Positions 51,838-64,000 of a stretch of 64,000 nt of DNA are shown here, piece by piece. Numbering within the stretch: the first letter of the stretch is position 1; each line of letters begins with the position of its first letter. The notes below the pieces were generated by a model. It saw nothing but the letters and a program-made list of their open reading frames with translations. It had not been told where the DNA came from and did no database searches. The translations under genes and the position numbers were made by a program. The stretch is from NCBI RefSeq assembly GCF_964194155.1, contig NC_135900.1, positions 58,280,001-58,344,000 on the forward strand, in the 5' to 3' direction. Origin of the DNA: Cetorhinus maximus. Lineage: Eukaryota.

Positions 51838-52381
51838 GGCCCTGAAATTTCTCATTCTAGTAACTCGGAAATCTGCAATAAAGAAAAGTGGGATAAATCC
51901 AATCCATTCAGCTGCTGAAGGTGGCAATGCCCAGTGCCTCGAATTACTGATTGAAAGTGGATTTGACGTTAACGCACTTTTAGATGAAGAAATATCTGAA
52001 AGCTATGATGACAAGCGGAGGACCGCTCTGTTTATTGCTGTGTCTAATAATGATGTCGCATGTACTGAACTCCTGCTGAAAGGGGGCGCATTGCCAAACA
52101 GAGATCCATTGTCCTGCCTCCTTGTGGCAGTAAGAGCAGGAAATCATGAACTAGTGCGTTTACTTCTACGCCATGGGGCCAATGTGAACAGCTACTTCTT
52201 GCTGATTAATGACACTCACTTTCCCACTGCTATCCAGTATGCGATAAATGATGAAATGATGCTGAGACTTTTGCTCAATAACGGATACAATGTGCAGATT
52301 TGTTTTGACTGTGTACACTCTGACAGCTTCGGAAGGCTTCTTCCCTGGCCTATGATTGAACCAACGTCCTATATCACCTCA
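51838..52381 (+). CDS. ASB15: ASB15 coding exon 7
   Basis: ctgcag|[52 protein letters not shown]|gtaagt; 544 nt. Confidence 0.96.
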
Positions 52382-53882
52382 GTAAGTGACCAACTCCTGG
52401 TTCGTAATGCATGAAGAAAGGAATTGTAGAAAATCCTTTTAGAATGAATTGGTTCTGCAATGCCTTTACATACAATGACACGATTCACTGGATTTCAATG
52501 TAATTTGGTGCACATGGAGTGTTTGAGAAGTTTCTAAGTGATATAAAGAAAGAAAAATTAACTTGCATCTATAACACACCTTTCATGACCTAGGATGTCC
52601 CAAAGTGCTATACAGCAAAGGAAGTGCTTTTGAAGCATAATCACTGTTGTTATATAGGAAAACACAGCAGTCTATTTGCACAACCTGCAATGAGATAAAT
52701 ATCAGTTAAATATTTTAGCTGTATTGGTTGAGGGTTAATACTTGGCCAAGTCACTGATAAAATTCCCCTGCTCATAGTGTTGTGGGCCCTTAACATCCAC
52801 CTGAGAGGAAAGACAGGTATCTATTCTGAAAGACAACACCTCTGACAGTGCAGCACAGCTTCAACGCTGTTCTGGAGTGCCAGTCAGGGATATGCGCTGA
52901 AGTCCCTAGAGTTGGAGTTTAAACCACAACCTTCTGACTCAGGTGGCCGCTGAGCCAAAGCTGACAACTGATGAATTTGCTTGATTGGGCATAATGTACT
53001 GCAGATTAATTGATGTTGCTACTGTCCCCTAGATGGCTTGGAATAAGCCAGAAACAGAAAAGTTCTGGATTATGTCTACCTGGACTGCCACTGGCCTTGG
53101 GTGGCTGCAGGTTAGCCTCCCTGGTGAAGCAGTGCTGGTGAAGGCAGATTTTCTCAGACATTCTCAAGTAGATGTTACCACAGATTAGGTGAGGCTGGGT
53201 ATTGTCAGTATGCATTGGTGTAATTAACTTCCCTCATTTCATCCATCATACTCATCTTCTTCTGTTGTGTAATGAGCCTGGGATAACTAATAATCTTAGA
53301 GTAAAGGATCCTCTTGGGAAGAGTGATCATAATGTAAGGGAATTTCATATTAAGTTTAAAAGTGATCTGGATAAGTTCGAAACTAGGGGCTTACATTTAA
53401 ACTAAGCCAATTACAGAATGCAAGTTTGCTGAGGAAGATTGGGAAAGTAGATTAAAAGATATGACAAATTAGCAATGACCAAGATTTAAATAAATAATTC
53501 ATCATTCTCAGTGAGTATCCATTCGCTTAAGGAATGGAAAAGTAGTAGAGCCATGTATAAGTGGAGAAGTTAAGGATAGTATTAAGTTGAAAGAAATTGT
53601 TTAGAATGTTGCCAGAAAAAGTAGTAAGCTTCTGGATTGGAGCAATCTTAAAAAGGATGACCAAGAAATTTATAGACAGAAAATAGAATACGAGAATAAA
53701 CTAGCAAGAAATATAACAACAGATTGTAAGAGGTTTTACAAGCATGTAAAAGGGAAGAGATTAATGAAAGTAAATATGGGTTCCTCAGAGGCATGGATAG
53801 GAGAAACTATAATGGGTAATAATGAAAAGCCAGCAATGTTAAACAAATACCTTCTGTCTGTCTTCACAGTAGAAGGCACAAA

Positions 53883-56800
53883 GGCCACAAAGTTCAATAA
53901 GGCCTATAATCAGGTGCAAGGATCACGATTCACAACTAACCTGTGCCCTGTGCTTCTGATGCAGGCAGCACACAAACTTCTTGCTGTCTGCTCATTTACA
54001 AGTTTGCAATGTGCAGTTAGCACTAAAAGCACTGTCGACTGGCTGCACCCTTGAGTGAAGGAGCAAATTCGTGAGAGGCTAACACAAATTCAATCTAGCG
54101 TTCACTGCTTAAAGCTAGCCTCTTAAAGGGGAGGTACATTTTACCTGGAACAGGTGCTGGAAGTGACTGGAGAAGAATATCTGACCTGCAGGAAGAGTAA
54201 CTAAGGTGCAACAGGGGAGAGAGCAGACTTCAAGGTTCTCTGATGCAGTAGTGAAGGCCTTGGTGTAGGAGGTGGACAGGTGGAGAGAGGTCCTCTATCC
54301 ACAGTGGGACAGTAGGGTCTCCATACAGACACTACTAAGGCTTGGGATCAGATAGCTGTCACAATCAATGCCAGCAGTGTAGCCCCAAGGACCTGGATGC
54401 AGTGCTGCAAGAAGTTCAACAAGTTCATCCAAGTGGTCTAGGTCAGCGAATTCATCAACTGGGCCACTAACCTCACACTCCACTCATGCACACTCCCTTC
54501 ACTCACCTACCAACAATCTCCATCAATCAGGATTCAGACCTTACATCCATACTTCACCTCACCCTCACACACTTAGCATTGCTGCAAGCCTCACACCCAC
54601 ATCTCACAGCTTGCACACTCTGCCACCTATTCAACCATGACAGCCACATCACCCAAACACATTGCACCACACTCACTGACACACTTCTTTACCTCTTGCA
54701 GGACAAAGTGTCACATAACCAGAGGAGCAGGAGCTAAGCAGCAGGTAACAGACATGCCTGCATTTCTTCACCCCAATGGAGGATATGGTGCTGGCCATCA
54801 TTCGAGCAGCCATGCCTGAGGCTGTGACCAGTAGCAGGGCTGAAAGCATGGGAAATAATAATCTGTTCAGACCTAATCCTCCTCCTCACATCCCATTTCC
54901 CCTCATCCAACAATCTCTTCTGATTTACAAGTTGCAAATACTGTAAGTTCACCCCCTCGCCACCCACCCCAAACGCACCCCCAACCCCACCCCACTCATC
55001 ACAACCTTACCTGTGTGCCTTTTTCCTTTCAGATCCCCAAGAACTGCAACCTGGCCAGGCAGTGCGGGGAAGCTCAGACTGTTGTTTTGCAAGGTCACCC
55101 TCCTGTCACAGATGCCCTCATGGTTGCAGATACCAATCTTCAAAGGGGCTTGCCGTGTCTCACAGTAATCCAACAATCTGTCCCCCAGCACGTTGCTAGG
55201 ATTGTTAAAGTGTGAGGGACTGGCACTGCTTCTGTGCAGCCTGACTCTGCTGTCCTGTCTCAGGAAGACTATTCGTCCTCTCACCACTACCACTTTGCAA
55301 TTGCCCTACTGTTGCCTGTGTGCCAGCCCAGAATGCTGCCACACTTGGCAAGGTAGCGCAGTCTGAAGCCAAGCCTTCTAATGCTGAGCTGCGTGAGGTT
55401 GACCTGGAAGACCACCTGCAGTCTCCCCAGCTGAATGTCAGCAGCCTTCCACCAGCCATGCTGCATCCACTGGGGTAGCACCATGTAGGAACACTGGGCA
55501 AAGGCACCTAAAGGACAGGCAGCAAGGGATTGAACAGGAATAATTAGTTTACTTTTGTACTGCATATTGGATGGTTTGTTTGATAAAGTTGGTGGAGTGT
55601 TTGTTTTGTGGTGACTTTTATTTCAGCATTGCGTCCAAGTGGACACTGTGATGGCGAGTAACAGAGGGAAAATAAGGTGTGGCACTGTTAGTGAGTGGGG
55701 AATTGGGTTGTGTTCACTGATATCACAAATGGATGAGCAGATCATAGACTGCCCAACCAGAAAAGGTAGTAAAGTGATGGCCTCCTCCATTCCTCCAACT
55801 TCTCGTCTTCCTCCTCCTCCTCCTTAACTGTTTGCCATATAGCTGTTGGCAGCTCTGTTACCCTCATGATGGCAAGGTTACACAGGTTACAGCAGCCAAC
55901 AATGAATCATGACATAAGTGCTGTTGGATGCCTCCTGAGAGGGCCAGGCAGTGGAAGCATTTGTTAAGCACTCTAATAGTCCACTAAATGGTATTGTGTG
56001 TGGCAGCATGGCTGTCGTTTTGTGGCTGCTCTCCATGTACGGGTGAATTGAGCACCAGAGTCATGAGCCAGGTGGTCAGTGGATAGCCTTTGTCACTAAA
56101 GAGCCACCCTCTAATTTCTCATAGTGGCTAAAATGCTGATGGCACAGGAGACTGGTGCAGAATAAAAGCATCATGACTGCTGCCAGATTAGCAGGGCATT
56201 GACCTGCACAGTGTTCACATCAGCTGGACACTGAGGATGCAAAGTTGCATGTTTGCTCCATTTCTTCTCTGTGGACAGAGTGAATGTAATGCATCCCCCT
56301 CTCTGTGCATTTAGAGCATCAGTAACCTCCCTAATACAACAGTGGACAATGAACTTTGAGCTGTTGTAGATAATACCTGCTACAACCTGGAAAGCTGCCA
56401 GCGCTAAAAAGCTCAAGACCATTGTCACCTTTACAGCTCCTGACAGCGCCACTCTGCCTCCAACAGGTGGCTAAATGAAATGGGGATGGTGCTCATGCAG
56501 GTCCACACTGAAATTGCGATAGAATAATTTCTCCCTGAAGACCCTGGATTGTTATGGCCTCCTGCTGAGAGTCCTTCTCCCCCTCCTTGTCTCTCCTCTT
56601 CTAGGATCTTATCCTGCTCTGTGTCGCCTTGCTCGTTCTCCCAGTCATACAAATCTTCAAATACTTCTACTAACTAAGCAACAGCCAGTAGAAATTAATA
56701 AACAAGTAACCTAAAAGTAGTTGATGGTGCCTTTTAATAGCAATTTTCAGAATCCTTCCTCCTGCAGAACAGATGTTCAGCTGTACGAGACTGAGACAGG

Positions 56801-57056
56801 GCATGAGCTTGAACGTTCAGGTCAAAAATGACACTATCAGCGTCAATTCAGCATTACACACTGACTGACATCTCAATCTTCCTACTCTAGATATTTCTGG
56901 CACTCGCTCCCAGCACCTGCACTAATGCCCTCACCAAAATGATGTCTGGCACAGTTAGCACCAGAAATTTGCATGTGAAGCACAGAGACCTTTTGGACCC
57001 AAAATGACACCTGCAATGCTGACAATATGGGTCCTATGCAATTGAATCTTGCAGCA
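53883..57056. mobile_element. Second, older decayed Harbinger transposon
   Basis: Degenerate TIRs gccacaaagttcaat / attgaatcttgcagc; plus-strand Myb-like RFSDAVVKALV..PRTWMQCCKKFNK; minus-strand transposase GWLFSDKGYPLTTWLM (~56060-56110). Confidence 0.75.
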
Positions 57057-57785
57057 AAAGAACATAACAGAAATTGTGGGGAAGGGTCTAATGAGAGTGA
57101 AGAACTTTAAGTAATACTTGTTAAAAAAAGGTACTGGAGAACTTAATGGGGCTATAAGCCAACAAGTCCCTGGACCTTATGGTCTTCACTCTAGGGTTTT
57201 AAAAGAGATGGCTGCAGAGATAATGGTTGCATTGATTTTGATCTCCCAGAATTGCCTGTGGATTGGAAGGTAGCAAATATAAGCCTGCTATTTAAGAAAG
57301 GAGGGAGAGAGGAAACGGAACTATAGGCCAGTTAGCCTGGCATCAGTAGTAGGAAAATGTGAAAATTTATTATCTGTTAAGGGCACAATAACAGGGCACT
57401 AGGAAAATCATAATATAATTAGGCAGAGTCAACAGGTTTGATGAAAGAGAAATGGTGTTTGATAAGTTTATTAGAGTTCTTTGAGAATGCATCTAGGAGG
57501 ATAGATAAAGGGAAACCAGTGGATGCAGTATTTTTAAATTTTCAGAAGGCATTTGATAATGTTCCATAGAAAAGGTTGTTACATAGATTAAGGATTGTCG
57601 GTAATGTATTAGCATGGGCTGAGGATTGGTTACCGGATAGAAAATAGTAAATAGGAATAAACGGATCATTTTCAGGATGGCGAGGCATAACTTGTAGTGC
57701 CACAAGGATCAGTGCTTGGGCCACAACTGTTTACAATGTATATTAATTACTTAGGTGAGGGGACAGGACGTTGTATATCTAAGTT

Positions 57786-59733
57786 CAGTGGTGTAGTGCT
57801 GCCCGAGCACGCTGGAGCGCCACTCCGGCACCTCCTCTAACCAGCAGAAGTCCCGGCTGTGACTTCTCCCGAAAAGCCCCACGAGCCGCAACTCCTGTGG
57901 AACAGCCCCGCAACTCTTCCCGATACCCCAGCTCCCCCCCAAACAGCCCAGACTCCCCCCAAACAGCCCTGACTCCCGCTGAGCCCGTGGAACTTGCCAC
58001 CGCTGCTGCTGCCATGGAATTACAGTTCCCAACAGGCTGCAGCCTCTCTGAGGTCATTTGTGAAGTGCGCAGTTTGTCTTCTATCTTTTCCTGTGTGCAT
58101 GCGCAGAAGAAAATGCCATAAAGGGACAAACCCCCAACAAATGATGTGAAACTACAGGTCAGGTGACCTGAGCAGGAGCGTCATTACGGAGGATATGGCC
58201 CACACAGCAAAGGGGATAGGAGAAAGGTCCCAGAACTTCCAGGAGTAAGGTTAAAGAAAGCTCCAAGTTAAAGAAAGAACAGCAAAAGGAGGAGACTTGA
58301 AGCAAAGTGGGCTTGAAGGAAACCATGAAGATCTGAGGAGGCAGCCTAATGTTGGTGACTCCTTACTGTGGGCTTTTGGAGCAGTAGTGTTTGCTTGACA
58401 CAGTCGAAGATCTGGAAGTGTGCTTGGAAGGTGAAACTTGAGTGTGTGTGCAGATGCAGAGTAATTGCAGAAGGTGAGACTGAACAAAGTGTCAAAACTA
58501 CTTTCTGTTTCTGGCACTGCTGCATTGTGTGCCATTCGTCGCCTGTTTAGTGTCTACATATTCTTTTTTTCCCCAACATCTGGCTCTCGAAAAAGCTAGC
58601 AACAGCTGAGGAGAGTGCACCAACAGGTGTTAAGGATGCCAAGCTTAGGTTTACGAGTCCTTGGTTGTGCCAGTGCGACTGGTATACACAAATGTAAATT
58701 GGCTGTAATTGGGAAGAGCAATGCCCCAAGAGCTTCAAGGGTATTCAAACATTATCTGTTCACTATTATGCCAATAAGAGAGCATGGGTAACCAAGGACA
58801 CATTGTCTGATTGGTTTCACAACCACTTTGTACCAGAGGCACGTGCACATTGTCGGGTAGCTGGACTTGAAGAAAACTGTAAAATCATGTTGCTCCTGGA
58901 CAATTGTTAAGCACATCCCCCTGCCAAGCTCTTGGTGAAGAACAATGTTTTCACAGTTTACTTCCCAACTTCCCCCCCACCCCTCCTCCTCCCCGATGTA
59001 ACGTCATTAATTCAGCCGATGGACCAAGGCAATTTTCAGGTCATGAAATCTAAATGATAAAAACAGTGATGACAAGGATGAAACAGTGAATCCGACAGAG
59101 AAAGTGCCCATAGACGATATTATTAAGATGTGTGATGGGTTAATAGATGCACTCTAGCAACGTGCATTTATAACTGAGCAAGCAATAATGTCAGTCTATA
59201 AAATAAAAAACAAACTTATGAAACAAAAACCAATGTTGTTGAGGCAGATGAAACTGGAAGTGCTATTCAAGAATGCCTCTCAGCAAAATACATTAATAGT
59301 CTGAACCCTCTCCTACAAGCAGAGTCAAAGATGGTACCATAGTTGGGAACTTTTTACAGGTACCATTTTATTGACTTTAGACTATAGCTAGCCTAGGCTT
59401 AGGCTATTGTAATGTAAGTAGGCCTAGTCCTATATGCTGTATCCGAAAACCGAAATTGTCTGAAATCCAAACTGCGATCGGCCCTGAGGATTTTGGATAG
59501 TGAATACTTGACTTACACTAAACACTACTGATTCAAAATACCACACAGTTCAAAATAAAATGTCTACCACTTACTGGCATTAATGTTTTTCACTTGAAAA
59601 GCATAGATTACTTATTTTTGGAGACTCAAATGGTTAATACATAGGAAAACAACGCAATAATAGATTTAGAAATGATATGGCCAATACATTTTCTTAGCGC
59701 TCCAGCACGTCAAAATTTCCCACTACGCCACTT
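57786..59733. mobile_element. Non-autonomous hAT-like element
   Basis: TIRs cagtggtgtagtg / cactacgccactt; perfect 8-bp TSD TCTAAGTT. Confidence 0.85.
58600..59513 (+). pseudogene. pogo/Tigger (jerky-like DDE_1) transposase remnant with a Tigger-like right end, inside the hAT-like element
   Basis: YYANKRAWVTKDTLSDWFHNHFVP..KIMLLLDNC*AHP..DVTSLIQPMDQG; terminal ttggatagtgaatacttgact-TA. Confidence 0.8.
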
Positions 59734-60885
59734 TCTAAGTTTGCTACCATACAAAACTAGGTGGGAAAGTAAGCTTGTGAGGAGGAGTTAAAAAGGCTAC
59801 AGAGGGATATAGACAGTTAAGTGATTGGGCAAGAAGGTGGCAGATGAAATGTAATGTGGAAGAGTGCAAAATTATCCACTTTTAAGGAAGAACTTTAAGG
59901 AAGGACTACCAAGAAGGAATCTTTTAAAAGGTAGACTAGTAAATGTTGAGATTCAGAGGGATTTGAGGGTTCTCATACACGAATCACAGAAAGTTAACAT
60001 GCAGGTGTGGCAAATGATATGCTAGCTTTTATTGGCAATAAGTTTTCAATCTAAAAGTGAGGAAATTTTGCTACAATTATATAGAGTTTTGATGAGAACA
60101 CACCTGGAGTACTGAGTACAGATTTGGTCTGCTTACCTAAGGAAGGATATACTGGCCTTAGAAGGTGCAATGGAAGAGAGATTGAGTAGAATGAGCATAT
60201 TTTCTCTCGAGTTTAGAAGAATGAGAGGTTATTTCGTTGAAACATCTCAAATTCTTTGCGGGCTTGGCAAGGAGACTCTATAACAAGGGGTCATAACTCA
60301 GGATGAGGCATCAGCCATTTAGAACTGAGATGAAGAATTTCTTCACTCAGAGGGTTGTAAATCCTTGAAGCTCTCTACCCCTGAGGGCTATGGATGCTCA
60401 TCCAATGAGTATGTTCAAGACTGTGACCACTAGGATTTTAGGCACTAGGAAATCAAGGGATATGGTGATAAGGTAGGAAAGTGAAATTGATGTAAAAATT
60501 CAGCCATGATCTTACTGAAAGAGGCATTCTGGCCTATTCATGCTTCTTATATTCTTCTTTCTCCTCTAAGTAATAGAGTGGAATTCCAACTGGAATTCAG
60601 ATGTCCAAAATTTAGATTGTAGCAATGATAAACCTCACTGGCAAAACTCTGAGTTAGAACACCCCAAAAACAACCAAACTGTTAAAAACAAACATTGAAA
60701 ATTCAGTTGTCACAAACTATTTTAATAAATGATCCAAGTATGCTCCTTTAAATGAAAGCTTTCTCTGTTCAGGACATGCCTGATTTTGTGTGCTAATTTC
60801 CATATGACTTGTGTTATTTTTTCATATCGATGTTATGTTGTCGCTTGTTTTTGAAGAGAATACCATAACCTGGACTGAGGCCACT

Positions 60886-61663
60886 GGGCAGAATTTAATG
60901 CCCCCTCCTAGAGGCAAGTTTGGAGATGGGAGGGAGGGGTGCAATGTAATCAGGTGGGAAGGTACAGGGTGGAGATCCCACTGCCTCTCTCTGATTCAGT
61001 CCGGGCTGTCAAGGCTTGTGGGCAGTCTTCCCACCCAGAGGCGAATTGAGGCCCTTAAGTGGACACTAAAGTGTCTCTTAAGGGCCTTATGCACCCGTGA
61101 CTGTTATTTAACAAGTGGCGAGTGGGGCACTTGCCATCTGGGAGGCTGCTCAGCAAACCCTTTTGGGTTTGCCTGTGGCATTCCGGGGAGGTGGGGGGGG
61201 GCGGTGGGGGGCCCATTGTTAGGCGTTCTGTGCCCAATTTAGGGACCTGGCATTGGGAAGTCAGGCATCCGCAGGAAGCCAACCCTGCCTTTGCTGTCAA
61301 CCTCCTCTCCCTACCTGGCCAGTGCCCCCCTCCATAGGCATTACATGCCACTCCACTTCCCTGACTCCGGAGGATCCATCGCTGATCCTCTGCTTAGGCC
61401 TCAGTGCAATAATGGCACTGGCCATCGTTTCTGGTGACGCAGCCAGTACTGCAGGGTTGCTTGGCCTTTGGTTAGCCAGCAGCTCTCAGGGATGAGATTT
61501 CCACCCTAATGGGGCCTTAATTCAGTGGGACGCCTGACACTCTGCAGGTAAGTGCCTGAATGCACTGAAATAGCACCGGGTTTCCTGTGGAAAAATGACA
61601 CCCAACTCCCATTGGTTCTCCAAACAGTGGGCAGGACCCCCATCATACAACTAAATTCCACCC
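60886..61663. mobile_element. Harbinger-type MITE of a different family, inside an L2-like fragment extending to ~62360
   Basis: gggcagaattta / taaattccaccc; flanks act/att. Confidence 0.65.
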
Positions 61664-62412
61664 ATTGTCTTAATCCCTGCCACAAACTTTGTTCCCTGAC
61701 CACTGATTCAATCTCCTCTCCACTCTCTCAGGCTGAACCAAACTGTTTGCAACCTCCGTTTTGTGAGATGAGCTTTCTACCCCATATCCCCGCCATCACA
61801 AGACTGCCTACTTCCACTTCCATAACATCACCTGCCTCCACCTCTCCCTCGGCTTATCTGATGCTGAAACCCTCATCTATGTTTTTTTTTGCCTCAAGAT
61901 TTGACTATTCCAGTGCTCTCTTGACTGCCTTTCATAAACTTGAGCTCATCAACAACTCTGCCCATACCCTAATTTGCCCCAAGTTCCATTCACTGAACTA
62001 CATTTGCACCCAGTCTACCAATGCCTCAATTTTAAGATCATCATCCTTGTGTTCAAATCCCTCCATGGCTTTGCTCCCTCCCTATCTCTGTAATTTCTTC
62101 CAGACCCATAACCCCTGAGAACTGAGCATTCCTCCAATTCTAGCCTCTTATGCATATTCCATTCCCTTTGCCCAACCCATTGCTAGCTGTGTCTTCAGCA
62201 GTTCTGGGCCCTAAACTCTAGAATTCCCTCCCTAAACACCTCTGCCTCTTCACTTCTCTCTTCTCCTTTAAGACCCTCCTGAAAACTTTCCTCCTTGACC
62301 GAGCTTTTAGTTTCCTGCCCTAATATCTCCATCCTTAGCTTGATGCTAATTTTATCTGATTAATGTGCTAACATGCTCTCGACGTTCTCCTGTTCTTTAA
62401 ATTTGTTTGTAG

Positions 62413-62566
62413 TTCTGCGAGTTCATCACCGTTTCCTGGTTAAGTCATTTGGTCGGCAGGGTGGTGCGTGTGCTGATAGATTACGTGGATTACGTTTCCT
62501 TCTGCGTGAAATTAAAACCTGTTCTTGAGAAGCAAAAGGAGTGGCCTGAGATCCGTGACATCATGG
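62413..62566 (+). CDS. ASB15: ASB15 coding exon 8 (penultimate; SOCS-box exon beyond the window)
   Basis: ttgtag|[51 protein letters not shown]|gtaaat; 154 nt; absent from the ORF track. Confidence 0.95.
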
Positions 62567-63325
62567 GTAAATCTGCCTTCATTCCCTTTCCTTGCTAGAA
62601 AACAGAAAATGGTAGAGAAACACAACATGCAAAAGAACACAAAACAAGCTATTCTTCTGAGTTAAACATTCTTCAAAACTGATTTTTACTGAAAGGTCCC
62701 TACCTGAAACAATAACTTACCATATCTCTTTCAGATGCTGACTGAGCTACTGTGCTTTCCTGCATTTCCTGTTTTTAGTTCATGCTTTAAGTATTTATAT
62801 TTCCTTTTCATTTAAGAATGTATTGCTCAGGCTGGTATATTGCAGTACGATTAAACCTTTGATAACTTTGGATTTTTTTTAACTGTGAAAACAAAGAGTA
62901 GAACAAGGCAACAGGCTTTTATCTGAGTTTATCAAGAGAAAATAAACCCTGTTCTTATGGATCTGTACAGTTCCTTGATTCTGCTTTATACTACATAAGC
63001 ATTATGTTGGGCCACACCTAGAGCATTGTAAGCAGTTCTGAGCACCACACCTTAGAAAGGATATATTGGCTTTGGAGGAAATGCAGTGTATATTTATGAT
63101 ACCTGCACTAATTTATTAGAATAGATTACAGAAACTAGTGTTGTATTCCCTGGAATTTAGAAGATTATGGGATGATTTAATCAAAATTTCAAGATATTAA
63201 GGGGAACAGAGAGAGTAAATAGAGAGGAAGTTTTTCCTTTGGTTGAGAAGTCTAGGACTGGGGATATAGTCTAAAAAAAAGAGTCAGACTTTTCCGGAGT
63301 AAAATGAGGAAACAATTCTACACAT

Positions 63326-64000
63326 GGGCTTGGATTTTTCCTATGGTTGGTGGGCTGGGCGGGAGTGGGTGGGGGTGAGCGCGGAGCTGATCACCGCCTG
63401 CGATCAGCTGCACGCTGCCATTCTATGCAGGCGGGCCAATTAAGGCCCGCCCAGCGTGATGCGCAGCCGATAGCGCTCAGCGCTACCTGTGCGGGCAGGG
63501 ACAGGAGGGAGAGTCAGGGCCTGCGCTCTTTCGCGAAAGAGCGCAGCAATCTCCCTGAGGCACAGAGTTGCCTCAGGGAGATTGAATAGACAATAAAAAA
63601 CTTTAATAAATGATGTTAAAATTTATTTAAACATGTCCCAACTCATGTGACAGTGTCACATGAATTGGGACGTGTTTGTAAAGGCGGGGAAATTATTTTA
63701 TTGATTTTATAAAAACTTCAGGGAACCTCAACCCGCTGTGGAAGAGTTTTCCTGAAAAACGCAAAGGCTGCTTGGGCTTTTCGGCTGCCCGCCAACCTTA
63801 AGGTTGGACAGGCAGCGTTCTTAACTAGTTTAATTACATTCTTAATAGGCTGCTGGCGTTTTGGCGGGCGCGCAGCCAACTCCATGCGCCTGCCGAATGA
63901 AATATCGCGATGGCGTGCGATGATGTTGGGATGCATGCCCAGTGTCACCACGCGTCATTTTACACGTCAGTGTGTCGGGCCCTGCACGCCAACCGGAAGA
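63326..64000. mobile_element. Harbinger-derived MITE, copy 3 (cut by the window end), inside a CR1 fragment (~62960-63325)
   Basis: Homologous to 4207-4857 and 49370-50033. Confidence 0.85.

Larger units (their letters stand above)
53250..60545 (+). mobile_element. Long decayed CR1 LINE interrupted by two DNA-transposon insertions
   Basis: Colinear CR1 ORF2 remnants: PLGKSDHN (~53310), FQKAFD (~57540), VPQGSVLGP (~57700) and a 3' region at 59734-60545. Confidence 0.8.

Noticed and set aside
58650-59260. Functional JRK/TIGD gene
   Set aside because: In-frame stops, deletions and no N-terminal HTH region seen
34101-62566. ASB14 or ASB2 instead of ASB15
   Set aside because: Motifs [20 protein letters not shown] and FCEFITV.W..HLVGRV plus adjacency to NDUFA5 fit ASB15

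Overview
This is eukaryotic, intron-rich vertebrate DNA. The SINE/CR1/Harbinger repeat content suggests a cartilaginous fish (inference). It holds three genes in the order known from human 7q31 (IQUB-NDUFA5-ASB15): the probable 5' end of IQUB (minus; assigned mainly by synteny), a complete 5-exon NDUFA5 (minus, 116 aa) and eight coding exons of ASB15 (plus; the SOCS-box exon lies beyond the window). The rest is mostly mobile DNA: a decayed Gmr1-type Ty3/gypsy element (gag/SCAN-like-PR-IN-RT-RH order), solo LTRs, two decayed two-gene PIF/Harbinger transposons with related MITEs, a hAT-like element carrying a pogo/Tigger remnant, CR1/L2 LINE fragments and tRNA-derived SINEs. Two large tandem arrays start just after first exons: a 33-bp minisatellite and a ~4.9-kb polypyrimidine array whose unit changes progressively. 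They generate most of the long ORFs in the track. I found no CRISPR array, no prokaryotic system and no clearly novel protein-coding system. All calls were made by eye; no searches were run.
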